A DNA stretch of 47,488 nt, taken from NCBI GenBank assembly GCA_003599745.1, contig QZJL01000040.1, positions 1-47,488 on the forward strand, given 5' to 3'. Positions 9,824 through 19,418 of this stretch are shown in pieces. The stretch is from Dehalococcoidia bacterium (GTDB lineage Bacteria; Chloroflexota; Dehalococcoidia; Dehalococcoidales; SURF-40). Made by a program: the position numbers and the translations under genes. The notes beneath the pieces are model-generated. The model had not been told where the DNA came from and did not search any database. It saw only the letters and a program-made list of their open reading frames with translations. Numbering within the stretch: position 1 is the stretch's first letter; each line of letters begins with the position of its first letter.

Positions 9824-9878
9824 CAGGAGAAATCTTAGCATGTTAGCCAAGATACAAGGGATGAGGTTGCCACCTGCT

Positions 9879-10223
9879 CTACTGAATCCTGAGGAGGGGG
9901 TTAGCGCCTTCCCAGAGCTTATCGAGCTGGTAGAACTCTCTTACCGGGGCGCTGAAGATGTGTATCACCACGCTGCCGTAGTCTAAAAGCAGCCAGCCCG
10001 AGTCGGCGGTGCCTTCGTGATGGTGGGGGAATACCCCCCAGTTTTCCAGCACCCGCTCGATTTCTTCCTGAATGGCTCGAATCTGCCGCGGCGATTCAGC
10101 GGAGCAGATAACGAAAAAGTCGGTGAAGCGGTTTTCGCCCCGGGTATCCAGCAGGACGATGTCGCTCGCCAGCTTTTCACTGGCGGCGCTCACTGCCTTG
10201 CGGGCAATTTCGATTGGTTCCAG
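9879..10223 (-). CDS. rsfS: Ribosome silencing factor (Iojap/RsfS), probable CTG start
   Basis: K.ASDIVLLD, TDFFVICS, EG...SGWLLLDYGSVVIHIF, REFYQLDKLW. SD AAGGAGG (10237-10231) lies 7 nt before an in-frame CTG at 10223, which gives the N-terminus (M)EPIEIARKAVSAASEK. Confidence 0.92.
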   Translation of the reverse strand: MEPIEIARKAVSAASEKLASDIVLLDTRGENRFTDFFVICSAESPRQIRAIQEEIERVLENWGVFPHHHEGTADSGWLLLDYGSVVIHIFSAPVREFYQLDKLWEGANPLLRIQ

Positions 10224-10284
10224 TGAGGAACCTCCTTCGCATCCTCGTTAAGAAATCTTAATAAAATCTTAACCGCTTTAATAT

Positions 10285-10293
10285 ATTATAGCA
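10285..10293 (-). promoter_or_regulatory. Extended -10 promoter for rsfS
   Basis: Minus strand TGcTATAAT at 10293-10285. Confidence 0.6.
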
Positions 10294-10351
10294 TAAAGCT
10301 TATTCTCGAACTGAGTTCCGCAGGTGCCCGGCGGCGATTTTCGTCTTGAAA

Positions 10352-10380
10352 TCGAAATTGCCGGGGGTTTCTGTTATAAT
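10352..10380 (+). promoter_or_regulatory. Sigma70-type promoter for ftsH
   Basis: TCGAAA (10352-10357), 17-nt spacer, TATAAT (10375-10380) with an extended TG. Confidence 0.6.
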
Positions 10381-10403
10381 ACCATTGTAATAGCGGGGAG
10401 TGG

Positions 10404-12335
10404 ATGATGAAATCAGCCTGGAAGTCAAGCGCTTTAATCTACATCGCGATTATGGTCGCCGGAGCTTTGATTCTCTATAACCTGCTGGTGGCGCAGGATA
10501 AGCCGCATACTATCACGCTGTCCCAGGCGATCGAGATTTCGGAGATGGGGAACATCGAACGGCTGGTGGTCAAGCCGGACGATGGCGTCATGGAAATAAC
10601 CGCCTCGGTCAAGGGGTCGCCCCTGTTGATTCGCGACGTGGATGGCAACCAGTTTGAAGTCACCGACGGTACCAAGTTGATTGCCGATATTGCCAACCTG
10701 AACCTGGCCGAGCTTAAGGAACTGGGACTGGTTTTACCGGCTGACTACGCCACCAGGATAAACACCGGCTTTGACTGGGGTCAGATATTCCTTAACCTCC
10801 TTTTGCCCATTTTGATAATCGGGGGTCTGCTCGTTTTCTTATTCCGCTCGGCACGGGGCGCTAACTCCCAGGCGCTCAGCTTTGCCCGTTCCCGCGCCCG
10901 GCTGTTTCCCGCCAACACACCCACCGTGACTTTCGATGACGTGGCCGGGGTGGAGGAAGCCAAAGAGGAACTCCAGGAAGTGGTGGAGTTCCTGAAAGAC
11001 CGTGAGAAGTTCCAGACACTGGGTGCCAGGATTCCCCGCGGGGTGCTGCTTGTCGGCCCGCCGGGTACGGGCAAGACGCTGCTCGCCCGGGCGGTGGCTG
11101 GTCAGGCGGGGGTGCCTTTCTTTTCCATTTCCGGCAGCGAGTTCGTCGAGATGTTCGTTGGCGTCGGCGCTTCGCGGGTGCGCGACCTTTTCGACCAGGC
11201 CAAGCGCAATCGCCCCTGCATCGTTTTTATTGACGAGATTGACGCCGTCGGTCGGCAGCGGGGCTCTGGCCTGGGGGGTAGCCATGATGAACGTGAGCAG
11301 ACCCTGAACCAGATACTCACCGAGATGGATGGTTTCGATACTAATACCGGCGTCATCGTGCTGGCGGCCACCAACCGCCCGGATATTCTCGACCCGGCAC
11401 TCCTGCGCCCCGGCCGGTTCGACCGGCGGGTTATCCTTGACCGGCCGGATATTAACGGACGCAAGGCTATCCTTAAAGTCCATTCCAAGGGCAAACCGCT
11501 GGCGGAAAACGTTGATCTGGAAGTGCTGGCCAAGCAAACCGTCGGTTTCAGCGGTGCTGACCTTGCCAACCTCATCAACGAGGCGGCCATCCTTGCCGCC
11601 CGGCGTAACAAGAAGGCGGTTGAGATGGCGGAGATGAATGAATCCATTGACCGCGTCATCGCCGGGCCGGAGAGAAAGAGCCGCAAGGTCAGCTCCAAAG
11701 AGAAAGAGATTGTCGCCTATCACGAGGCGGGACATGCTCTGGTAGCCAGGATGCTGCCTAACGCTGACCCGGTGCACAAGGTGTCCATCGTGGCCCGGGG
11801 GCTTATGGGCGGTTACACCCGGCTGTTACCCACCGAGGACCGCTACCTGATGACGCGCTCTCAGTTTGACGACAGCCTGGCGACCCTGCTTGCCGGGCAC
11901 GTCGCCGAGGAAATCATTTTCAACGAGGCTTCCACCGGCCCTCACGATGACATCCAGCGGGCCACCAGCCTGGCGCGCAAGATGGTCACCGATTACGGCA
12001 TGAGCAAGGAGCTCGGGCCGCGCACCTTCGGGCATAAAGAGGATATGGTCTTCCTGGGACGGGAAATATCCGAGCAGCGGGACTACAGCGAGCAGGTAGC
12101 TCAGCAGATTGACGAAGAAGTGCGGAAAATAATCAACAGTGCCTATGACGTAGCTAAGAAAGTTTTGACCGATAATAAGGCGAGGCTCGTTCACCTCGGT
12201 AAGAAGCTGGTGGTCGAGGAATCCCTGGAGGGTCCCGACCTCGAGACGGCGTTTAATGAGCCTATCGAGGAACCAAAACCGGATGAGCAGCCGGCAGCGT
12301 CTCCGACTTCGGCGAGCATAACCCCGTTATCTTGA
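10404..12335 (+). CDS. ftsH: ATP-dependent zinc metalloprotease FtsH
   Basis: Two TM helices, [45 protein letters not shown]. Confidence 0.98.
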   Translation: MMKSAWKSSALIYIAIMVAGALILYNLLVAQDKPHTITLSQAIEISEMGNIERLVVKPDDGVMEITASVKGSPLLIRDVDGNQFEVTDGTKLIADIANLNLAELKELGLVLPADYATRINTGFDWGQIFLNLLLPILIIGGLLVFLFRSARGANSQALSFARSRARLFPANTPTVTFDDVAGVEEAKEELQEVVEFLKDREKFQTLGARIPRGVLLVGPPGTGKTLLARAVAGQAGVPFFSISGSEFVEMFVGVGASRVRDLFDQAKRNRPCIVFIDEIDAVGRQRGSGLGGSHDEREQTLNQILTEMDGFDTNTGVIVLAATNRPDILDPALLRPGRFDRRVILDRPDINGRKAILKVHSKGKPLAENVDLEVLAKQTVGFSGADLANLINEAAILAARRNKKAVEMAEMNESIDRVIAGPERKSRKVSSKEKEIVAYHEAGHALVARMLPNADPVHKVSIVARGLMGGYTRLLPTEDRYLMTRSQFDDSLATLLAGHVAEEIIFNEASTGPHDDIQRATSLARKMVTDYGMSKELGPRTFGHKEDMVFLGREISEQRDYSEQVAQQIDEEVRKIINSAYDVAKKVLTDNKARLVHLGKKLVVEESLEGPDLETAFNEPIEEPKPDEQPAASPTSASITPLS

Positions 12336-12344
12336 GGAGGTAAC

Positions 12345-12758
12345 ATGATAGAGCGTGTCCACGAGCACATCATCAGCGAGCTGGGGCAGAACACACGCAC
12401 CGACACGGTTTTTGTTCTGGTAGCCATCCTCCTTAACCTGCTGACACTGGGGATTAACTCCGGGGTGGCCGCCGGTGGAGAGAGGACTAGCACCACCTGG
12501 ATAGTCTTCTTCACTTTCATGGTGCTGGTGATAATCGTTAATTTTGTGGTGGAAATTGGCCTCATCAAGGGACGGCAGACACGTACCAAACTGATAAACG
12601 GTCTGCTCAAGATGTACCAAGACCAGGGCGTGGCCGGTTACTACGACCCATCGCTGTTGAGCAACTATACCACCCGGTACAACCTCTTCATGATGGCGGT
12701 CATCGCTACCGGCCTCATCGCTATGATTGTGCCGCTGGTGCTTATCATCTCTCCCTAG
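12345..12758 (+). CDS. Hypothetical membrane protein (about 3 TM)
   Basis: Strong SD GAGGAGG, three hydrophobic segments, directly after ftsH. Confidence 0.75.
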   Translation: MIERVHEHIISELGQNTRTDTVFVLVAILLNLLTLGINSGVAAGGERTSTTWIVFFTFMVLVIIVNFVVEIGLIKGRQTRTKLINGLLKMYQDQGVAGYYDPSLLSNYTTRYNLFMMAVIATGLIAMIVPLVLIISP

Positions 12759-12761
12759 CTT

Positions 12762-13745
12762 CTATTTCCGGCGTGCCAGGATGAAGCTGCAAAGCTCTTC
12801 CAGCGCGCCGCGAATTGCGCCGGGAGGTAGTGTCTTCAGGCAGTTGCACGCATTGCGGGAGTATTCCGAGGCTGCTTTGCGGCAGTCTCTGGCGATTTGT
12901 GAGCGGTTGATGATTTCCCGTGCCTGCTTGACATAAGATTGTACTTCCAGCTCCGAAAGGTGCGCGTGGTTTTCAAACAGACGCTTTATCGGGTTATCTT
13001 CGGGATAGCGTTCTAAAATCATCATTGAGGGCAGGGTCAGGGTGCCCTGCATCAGGTCCGAGCCGATGGGCTTGCCTAACTGTCTTTCGTTGCTGGTAAA
13101 GTCCAGGATGTCGTCGGTTATCTGGAAGGCGATGCCCAGGTTATAGCCGTAGTCTCGCAAGGCGCGGGTCTGAGCCGGTGGCGCTCCGCCGAGCAGCCCG
13201 CCGGACTCAGTGGACAGGGCGAAGAGAGAAGCCGTTTTACGGGCAATCCTTTCGATATATTGTGTGCGCGTTTGTTCAAGGTTGAAGGCGCTGAAGGACT
13301 GGTTCACCTCGCCGGTGGAGATGGTGGCCAGCGTCTCGGTGAAAAGCCTGACCGCCGCCAGGCTTCTGGTATCGGTTGCCATCCCGCCGGCCCGGGCGAA
13401 GAGGAAGTCGCCGAGCAGGATTGCTTTGGCCTCTCCCCAGACGCAGTAGACGGTGCTCTTGGCGCGACGCACCGCCGATTTATCAATCGCGTCGTCGTGT
13501 ATCAAAGTGGCGGTGTGCATCAGCTCGATGGCGGCCGCCATCGGCAGAAGGCCTTCGAGCCGGTACTGGTAGAATTTGCCCGCCAGCAGTGTTAGCGCCG
13601 GGCGAATCCTTTTCCCCCCGCTTTGCAGGCTGTAGGCTACCATTTCGTCAAGCCAGGCCGAGCCTTCGCTCCTGACCGAGAGCAATAACTCTTCCACCCC
13701 GCCCAGGTCGGCTTCAACCGCCTGGTAAATGCTCCTCAGCGACAA
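12762..13745 (-). CDS. Polyprenyl diphosphate synthase (HepT/IspB-like)
   Basis: GGKRIRP, HDDAID..VRR, GDFLFA, RKTA, FQITDDILD, GKPIGSDL. Confidence 0.93.
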   Translation of the reverse strand: MSLRSIYQAVEADLGGVEELLLSVRSEGSAWLDEMVAYSLQSGGKRIRPALTLLAGKFYQYRLEGLLPMAAAIELMHTATLIHDDAIDKSAVRRAKSTVYCVWGEAKAILLGDFLFARAGGMATDTRSLAAVRLFTETLATISTGEVNQSFSAFNLEQTRTQYIERIARKTASLFALSTESGGLLGGAPPAQTRALRDYGYNLGIAFQITDDILDFTSNERQLGKPIGSDLMQGTLTLPSMMILERYPEDNPIKRLFENHAHLSELEVQSYVKQAREIINRSQIARDCRKAASEYSRNACNCLKTLPPGAIRGALEELCSFILARRK

Positions 13746-14542
13746 GGTGCTCCTTTCTCCAGCTTTTTCGGGATGCGGAAGAGGCTGAGCGCGTTTTCTG
13801 CCGTTGCCCGGCTCACGGTATCAGTGTCAATCCCCCGAAGACGGGCGACCCCCGCAACCGTGATGGATATATAGGCCGGTTCGTTGCGTTTGCCCCGGTA
13901 CGGCTGCGGCGGCAGGTAAGGTGCGTCGGTTTCGACCAGCATTTTATCGAGGGGCATTTCGCGGGCTACCGCAGCCATGTCCTTCGCGCCGGGATAGGTC
14001 ACTGCCCCCGGGACGGAAATCATAAAGCCAAGCTCGATGTAGCGGCGGGCAAGCCCGGTGTCGCCGGAAAAGCAGTGGATGACGCCCAGCCCGCTCTTTC
14101 TGTCCAGCGAGTTTGCCCAGGGCACCAGTATTTCCAGAAGTTCACGGTGCGCCTGGCGGCAGTGGATTATGACCGGCAGCTTCAAAAGAGCGGCTTTTTC
14201 CAGTTGTGCCTCAAAAACTTCAACCTGTTTGGTTTGCGGCGAGCGGTTGCGGAAAAAGTCCAGTCCCATTTCACCCAGAGCAACGACGCGGTCGTTTGCT
14301 GCCAGCGCCGCGATTTCATCTAAATCTTTCCCACCGCAGCTGGCCGCCTCGTGGGGATGTATGCCTGCCGTGCTGAAAATATCACGGTGTTCTCCGGCTA
14401 GTTTCAATGCTGCCCGGCTTGAGGCCAGGTCAATACCCACGGTGACGATGGTGCTCACGCCCTGCGTCCGGGCACGGGCAATTACCGCTTCGCGGTCGCC
14501 ATCAAACTCGTGCATGTCGAGATGGGCGTGGGAATCAATCAC
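13736..14542 (-). CDS. tatD: TatD-family hydrolase/DNase
   Basis: IDSHAHL, GIHPH, GEMGLDF, IHCR, IHCFSG, LVETDAPYL, RNEP. Confidence 0.95.
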   Translation of the reverse strand: MIDSHAHLDMHEFDGDREAVIARARTQGVSTIVTVGIDLASSRAALKLAGEHRDIFSTAGIHPHEAASCGGKDLDEIAALAANDRVVALGEMGLDFFRNRSPQTKQVEVFEAQLEKAALLKLPVIIHCRQAHRELLEILVPWANSLDRKSGLGVIHCFSGDTGLARRYIELGFMISVPGAVTYPGAKDMAAVAREMPLDKMLVETDAPYLPPQPYRGKRNEPAYISITVAGVARLRGIDTDTVSRATAENALSLFRIPKKLEKGAPCR

Positions 14543-16206
14543 CGGCCTTCACCCAGGCGGCGGGTCTCTTCTTCCGCCAGCTTCTCGTCGAGCTTGGTAA
14601 AGAGCGGCTGCGGCTCGTTCAGCTTCTGGCCCGGCTCAAGCCTGGAAAGCTGCCAGCCGCCGTCCTCGCTATGCCCGGCGAGCCCCAGGTAGTGGTGCAA
14701 TTTCTGCGAGCTGAACGGCAGGAAAGGGTAAAGCATCGTCCTGAGGTTACAGATGGTGTTGAGCGCGGCGTAAAGCGCGCCCGCTGCCGCCGCCCGGTCG
14801 GTCTTGATGACTTTCCAGGGGGACTTTTCGTCGAGGAAGCGGTTGGTCTCGGCGGCGAGCGCCATCGCCCGTTTTAGCGCCAGTTTGAAGTTGCAGCGTG
14901 AGATAAGCTCGCCAACCTCGCCAAGCGCGGCGGCGGTTGATTTTTCCAGTTCATCAGCGCCGGGAACGTTACCGGCCGCCGGTGGCACTTTACCATCGAA
15001 ATTGCGGTAGACGAAGGTCAGCACCCGGTGCGCCAGGTTGCCGTAGGTGGCTACCAACTCGTCGTTGTTGCGGCGGAAGAATTCGCGCCAGGAGAAGTCG
15101 GCATCGCTGGTCTCGGGCATGTTGATGGCGATGGCGTAGCGCAGCGGGTCGGCCTCGTAGCGGGAGAGGAAGTCGGGCACCCAGATTGCCCAGTTCTTGC
15201 TCTTGGAGAACTTGCCGCTTTCGATGGTCATCCATTCGTTGGCGGGTACATCGTAGGGCAGGTTTAGGTCCTGGTAGCCCATCAGCATTGCCGGCCAGAT
15301 GATGGTGTGGAAGGGTATATTGTCCTTCCCGATGAAATAATAGGTTTTGGCATCGCCCTGCCAGAAGGCACGCCATTTTTCCGGGTCACTACTACTCCGC
15401 GCCCATTCTTTCGAGGCCGAAAGGTAGCCGATGACCGCTTCGAACCAGACGTAGATGCGCTTATCGGGGTAGCCGTTGACCGGCAGGGGTATGCCCCAGT
15501 CAATATCGCGGGTGATGGCCCTGTCTTTCAGTCCCTCTTCAAGGTAGCCAAGCGTGAAGTTCCGTACGTTGGCGCGCCAGTGCCCCTGTTCTTTTACCCA
15601 CCCGGTGAGCCTGTCCTGAAAAGCGCTTAATTTTAAGAAAAAGTGCTCCGACTGGCGGAATTCCGGAGCGCTGCCGCAGATGCGGCAGCGGGCCAGGGTA
15701 AGTTCGGTGGGGTCCATCGGGTGGCCGCACTCGTCGCACTGGTCGCCCCGTGCCTGCGGGTGTTTGCAGAGAGGACAGACGCCCTCGACGTAACGGTCGG
15801 GCAAAAAACGCACGCATGTGGGGCAATAAGGCTGCTGCATAACATCATTGTAGATGTAGCCCTTATCCAGAAGCTTCAAGAAGATGTCGCCGGTCACCGC
15901 AGCGTGGTTTTCGGTCTCGGTATGGGTGAAAAGGTCAAAGCTGATGCCGAGCTTCTGCCAGCTTTCGAGGAATTTCCGGTGATAGTAAGTAGCCACTTCC
16001 AGGGGTGTTTTATTTTCCTGCTCGGCCTTGATTGTGATGGGCGTACCGTGCATATCCGAGCCGGAGACCATCAATACGTCGTTACCCTTTGCCCGGTGGT
16101 AGCGGGCGAAGATATCGGCGGGCAGGTAAGACCCGGCGACATGCCCCAGGTGTAGCAGCCCGTTGGCATAAGGCCAGGCGGCGCAGACCAGGATTTTTTC
16201 GGTCAT
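14539..16206 (-). CDS. metG: Methionine--tRNA ligase, short form lacking the C-terminal tRNA-binding domain
   Basis: WPYANG.LHLGH, four CxxC (two Zn knuckles), YVWFEA, FIGKDN, KFSKS. Start ATG 16206 overlaps the rsmI stop (ATGA). Confidence 0.97.
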   Translation of the reverse strand: MTEKILVCAAWPYANGLLHLGHVAGSYLPADIFARYHRAKGNDVLMVSGSDMHGTPITIKAEQENKTPLEVATYYHRKFLESWQKLGISFDLFTHTETENHAAVTGDIFLKLLDKGYIYNDVMQQPYCPTCVRFLPDRYVEGVCPLCKHPQARGDQCDECGHPMDPTELTLARCRICGSAPEFRQSEHFFLKLSAFQDRLTGWVKEQGHWRANVRNFTLGYLEEGLKDRAITRDIDWGIPLPVNGYPDKRIYVWFEAVIGYLSASKEWARSSSDPEKWRAFWQGDAKTYYFIGKDNIPFHTIIWPAMLMGYQDLNLPYDVPANEWMTIESGKFSKSKNWAIWVPDFLSRYEADPLRYAIAINMPETSDADFSWREFFRRNNDELVATYGNLAHRVLTFVYRNFDGKVPPAAGNVPGADELEKSTAAALGEVGELISRCNFKLALKRAMALAAETNRFLDEKSPWKVIKTDRAAAAGALYAALNTICNLRTMLYPFLPFSSQKLHHYLGLAGHSEDGGWQLSRLEPGQKLNEPQPLFTKLDEKLAEEETRRLGEGR

Positions 16207-17045
16207 TGCTTGAGAGGTGCCTTTCTTTGCTTTTGTAAATCCAACCACGTCCGGTACATTTCTTTGCGCGACACCTTTCGGTCTCCGGCAAGCGCCATGG
16301 CGTCTTTAGCGCTGACGCCTGCCGCCCGCAGCTCGCCTAGGCGCGTCACAAGGTCAGTGGTCGGGGCGCTTTTTCTCTTTTTCGCTGGCTGGCCGCTGAC
16401 GACCAGCGTGAATTCGCCCTTCGGCTCGGTGAAACGGGCGATAGCCTGGCTGATTGTTCCCCGGAAAATTTCCTCATAGATTTTAGTCAGTTCCCGGCAT
16501 ACCACGATGCGGCGGTTGTCCAGCACGCCAAGCATATCTTCGAGGGCGGCGGCGAGGCGGTGGGGCGATTCCAGCAGCACGATTGTTCCCTCCTCACCGG
16601 CGACCGACTCCAGCACTTTTTTTCTTGCGCCCGGTTTGTGGGGCAAAAAGCCCAGGAAGATGAATTTTCCGGTGGGCAGGCCGGAAGCCGCCAGCGCGGT
16701 GGTCACTACCGAAGGCCCCGGGATAACCACCACCGGAAAACCTTCCCGGCTGGCTTTATCTACCAGGTCGGGGCCGGCGTCGGAAACACCGGGCATACCG
16801 CTATCGGAGACCACCGCCACGTCGCCCTTTGCCAGTTGTTCCAGGATGAAGGCGGTCTTGGTCTTCTTGTTCTGTTCGCGGTAGCTGGTGGTGGGCGTCT
16901 TGATATCGTAGGCCTTGAGCAAACGGTGGGTGTAGCGCGTGTCCTCGCAAGCAATCAGTTTTACTTCGCACAGCGTGCGCAGGGCACGCAAAGAAATATC
17001 CTCAAGGTTGCCAATCGGGGTTGCCACAATGTAAAGGGTGGTCAT
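16203..17045 (-). CDS. rsmI: 16S rRNA (cytidine1402-2'-O)-methyltransferase
   Basis: LYIVATPIGNLEDIS, ACEDTR, VSDSGMPGVSD, ESPHRL, RELTKIYEE. Confidence 0.96.
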   Translation of the reverse strand: MTTLYIVATPIGNLEDISLRALRTLCEVKLIACEDTRYTHRLLKAYDIKTPTTSYREQNKKTKTAFILEQLAKGDVAVVSDSGMPGVSDAGPDLVDKASREGFPVVVIPGPSVVTTALAASGLPTGKFIFLGFLPHKPGARKKVLESVAGEEGTIVLLESPHRLAAALEDMLGVLDNRRIVVCRELTKIYEEIFRGTISQAIARFTEPKGEFTLVVSGQPAKKRKSAPTTDLVTRLGELRAAGVSAKDAMALAGDRKVSRKEMYRTWLDLQKQRKAPLKQ

Positions 17046-17118
17046 ATTCCCTCTAACTTGAATTTATCAATATAGTATAGCCTAAGGCCGATACTGGCGT
17101 CTATATACGCACGCTTCC

Positions 17119-17148
17119 TTGACTTTATCTTCCAGACTTTGATATTAT
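17119..17148 (+). promoter_or_regulatory. Sigma70-type promoter for the IMPDH-like gene
   Basis: TTGACT (17119-17124), 18-nt spacer, TATTAT (17143-17148) with an extended TG. Confidence 0.6.
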
Positions 17149-17174
17149 TTTTCTTTAAAGAAACGGAGAAAGTG

Positions 17175-18323
17175 ATGATGGCGACGGTGAAATTTCGGGA
17201 ACTGCGGCGGGCTTACGGATTTGACGAGGTGGCTATTGTGCCCGGAAACGTCACCGTGAACCCCGACCAGACCAATGTCGAGTTCAAGATAGCCGGTTTG
17301 ACTGTCCCGTTGCCTATAATGGCGGCGGCGATGGACGGCGTCACCGACCCCGCCTTTGCGATTCTGATGAGCAAGCTGGGGGGACTGGCGGTAATGAACC
17401 TCGACGGCGTCCAGACCCGCTACGATAATCCGGACAGGGTGCTGGAGGAAATCGCCAATACGCCGGATGGGGAAACGACCGCGCTGATGCAGAAGATTTA
17501 TTCGCAGCCGGTGAAGGAAAACCTCATCGGCGAGCGCATCAAGACCATCAAAAAGGCGGGGTCGGTCTGCGCGGTGTCGCTGGTGCCGGCGCTTACCAAG
17601 AAATACGCGCCGCTGGTGGTGGAAGCTGGTGCCGATATCCTGGTAGTCGCGTCAACCGTGACCACCGCCCGCCACGTTTCCAAGAGTGTCAAAGGGCTGG
17701 TCTTGAGCGAACTGAAACGCAATCTGCCCATCCCCATCATCGTGGGCAACTGCGTGAGCTATCAGGCCTGCATTGACATTATGCGGGAAGGCATTGACGG
17801 CGTGCTGGTCGGCGTCGGGCCCGGTGCGGCCTGCACCACCCGGCAGGTGACCGGCGTCGGCGTGCCCCAGATAACCGCCACCATGGACTGCGCCCTGGCG
17901 CGCGACCATTACCAGAAGGAATCGGGGCGCTACGTGCCCATCATCACCGACGGCGGCATGAACAACGGCGGCGATATCTGCAAGGCGGTTGCGGCCGGCG
18001 CCGATGCCGTGATGCTCGGTTCCATTTTTGCCCGGGCAAAAGAAGCCCCGGGACGCGGCTATCACTGGGGCATGGCGCACCCCCACCCGGCGCTGCCCCG
18101 CGGCACGAGAATCCGGGTCGGCACTTCGGCCACTCTGGAGCAGATTCTTTTCGGCCCCACCAGCGTCACCGACGGCAGCCAGAATCTGGTGGGTGCCCTG
18201 CGCACCTCGATGGGCGTCTGCGGCGCGCTGGACATCACCGAGATGCACCGCGCTGAGATGGTGGTGGCCCCGGCCATCGTCACCGAGGGGAAGATGTGGC
18301 AGCTTACCAAGGGACGCTGCTAA
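17175..18323 (+). CDS. GuaB3-family IMP dehydrogenase-related protein (no CBS domains)
   Basis: [32 protein letters not shown] with catalytic Cys, GVPQITA, IITDGG, AVMLGS, HWGMA. Confidence 0.9.
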   Translation: MMATVKFRELRRAYGFDEVAIVPGNVTVNPDQTNVEFKIAGLTVPLPIMAAAMDGVTDPAFAILMSKLGGLAVMNLDGVQTRYDNPDRVLEEIANTPDGETTALMQKIYSQPVKENLIGERIKTIKKAGSVCAVSLVPALTKKYAPLVVEAGADILVVASTVTTARHVSKSVKGLVLSELKRNLPIPIIVGNCVSYQACIDIMREGIDGVLVGVGPGAACTTRQVTGVGVPQITATMDCALARDHYQKESGRYVPIITDGGMNNGGDICKAVAAGADAVMLGSIFARAKEAPGRGYHWGMAHPHPALPRGTRIRVGTSATLEQILFGPTSVTDGSQNLVGALRTSMGVCGALDITEMHRAEMVVAPAIVTEGKMWQLTKGRC

Positions 18324-18550
18324 AACCGTAAAGTCGGGCTGACTGCTGTCCCCTGCTTCTCCCGTTGTTGTTTTTCTCCTGGTTTTCGTTGCGGTTGGCA
18401 TTGCCCTGGAGAGTAATCCTGGCGGCCACCATGGTCACCGGGTCGAACCGTGCCTCCACCCGGCTGACTACCTTGATATCGGCAAAGGTGCCGTTGGTGA
18501 TGCGCGTGGTATTATCGGTTATAAAGCTCAGCACGCGTTCTTTTCGGTCG
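18304..18550 (-). pseudogene. Possible 3' remnant of a DUF5666-like beta-barrel repeat protein
   Basis: Frame reads ...TDRKERVLSFITDNTTRITNGTFADIKVVSRVEARFDPVTMVAARITLQ, resembling DUF5666 repeats; no SD or credible start. Confidence 0.3.
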
Positions 18551-18551
18551 G

Positions 18552-19295
18552 TTACCAGTCTTCGTCTTCTTCGTCGGGTTCGGCGGTGGAAAAACCGACG
18601 GAGGGAATTACGGGGGTTCTTTCCTCTGTCTTGTGCTTGGCCGGGTATTTCAGTCCGTCAACCGCCTTGCGCAAGCGGGCGATGTTGCCGGGTAGGGCTG
18701 AAGCCACAACTCCGGCGGCTCCAGCATCCCAGAGAGCTTGAAGCTCGCTTTCACTGGCGGTGTCCGGCACCGAGACGAGCAGGGGCTTGCTGAGCCAGGC
18801 GCTAAGTGCTCTTATCAGCAGCAGGTGTCGCCATGTCAGCGGTTCGCTACCCTGGGCGGTGATTAAATAGACGACGTCCGCCTGGGAGTCGTTGACGGCT
18901 CTCGGCAGCTTTTCCGCCGCATCGGTGGAAATCTCCAGCACCCGCTCGGTCTCGCGCTCCGGCAGGGTTTTCAGGGGCGTGTCCTGAGTGAAGGTGACGA
19001 AATCTGCGCCAGCCTGGATGACCGATGCTAGCCTGTCCTCCGGTTGATTAGCCAGCGCGCATCCCCAGGGAATCTCAGCCGCCGCTTTGGCAACCCCCTT
19101 GATTTGCGTCTCTTTCAGTTCCGAAGTGACCAGCAGGGCATTCGCCCCCTTCGTGTTTTCGGCCAGTTGGCTGTCAGCGGCGTCGGTGCTGGCAATGAGT
19201 AATAGCCTGGGTCTGGCGGCGGTTTCTCTGGCGGACTTAAATCCCATCGGCTGCGGCGAACCGCAGGTTTTCAGCGCTTCAACCAGCTTGTTCAT
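18552..19295 (-). CDS. Conserved hypothetical protein, probable TIM-barrel-like fold, acidic tail
   Basis: 247-aa ORF with SD (GAAGG), 'QAGADFV', 'ALWDAGAAGVV', ends EPDEEDEDW. Confidence 0.65.
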   Translation of the reverse strand: MNKLVEALKTCGSPQPMGFKSARETAARPRLLLIASTDAADSQLAENTKGANALLVTSELKETQIKGVAKAAAEIPWGCALANQPEDRLASVIQAGADFVTFTQDTPLKTLPERETERVLEISTDAAEKLPRAVNDSQADVVYLITAQGSEPLTWRHLLLIRALSAWLSKPLLVSVPDTASESELQALWDAGAAGVVASALPGNIARLRKAVDGLKYPAKHKTEERTPVIPSVGFSTAEPDEEDEDW

Positions 19296-19331
19296 CAGCT
19301 TGACCTTCTGCTTCGGCGGTGGATTAACCGG

Positions 19332-19403
19332 AGCCAGCGAAGAGAGTCGAACTCTTGACCAGCGGTTTACGAAACCGCTGCTCTACCACTGAGCTACGCT
19401 GGC
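19332..19403 (-). tRNA. tRNA-Thr (anticodon CGT); CCA not encoded
   Basis: GCCAGCG acceptor pairs with CGCTGGC; D-arm TAGCTCAGTGGTAGAGC; anticodon arm GCGGT-TTCGTAA-ACCGC; T-arm AAGAG-TTCGACT-CTCTT; discriminator T followed by CCG. Confidence 0.96.
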
Positions 19404-19418
19404 GCTTGAAGCTAACTG

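Noticed and set aside
14539-16206. MetG lacking the C-terminal tRNA-binding domain as a possible truncation
   Set aside because: Short monomeric MetRS forms are well known; the gene ends cleanly and is coupled to tatD.
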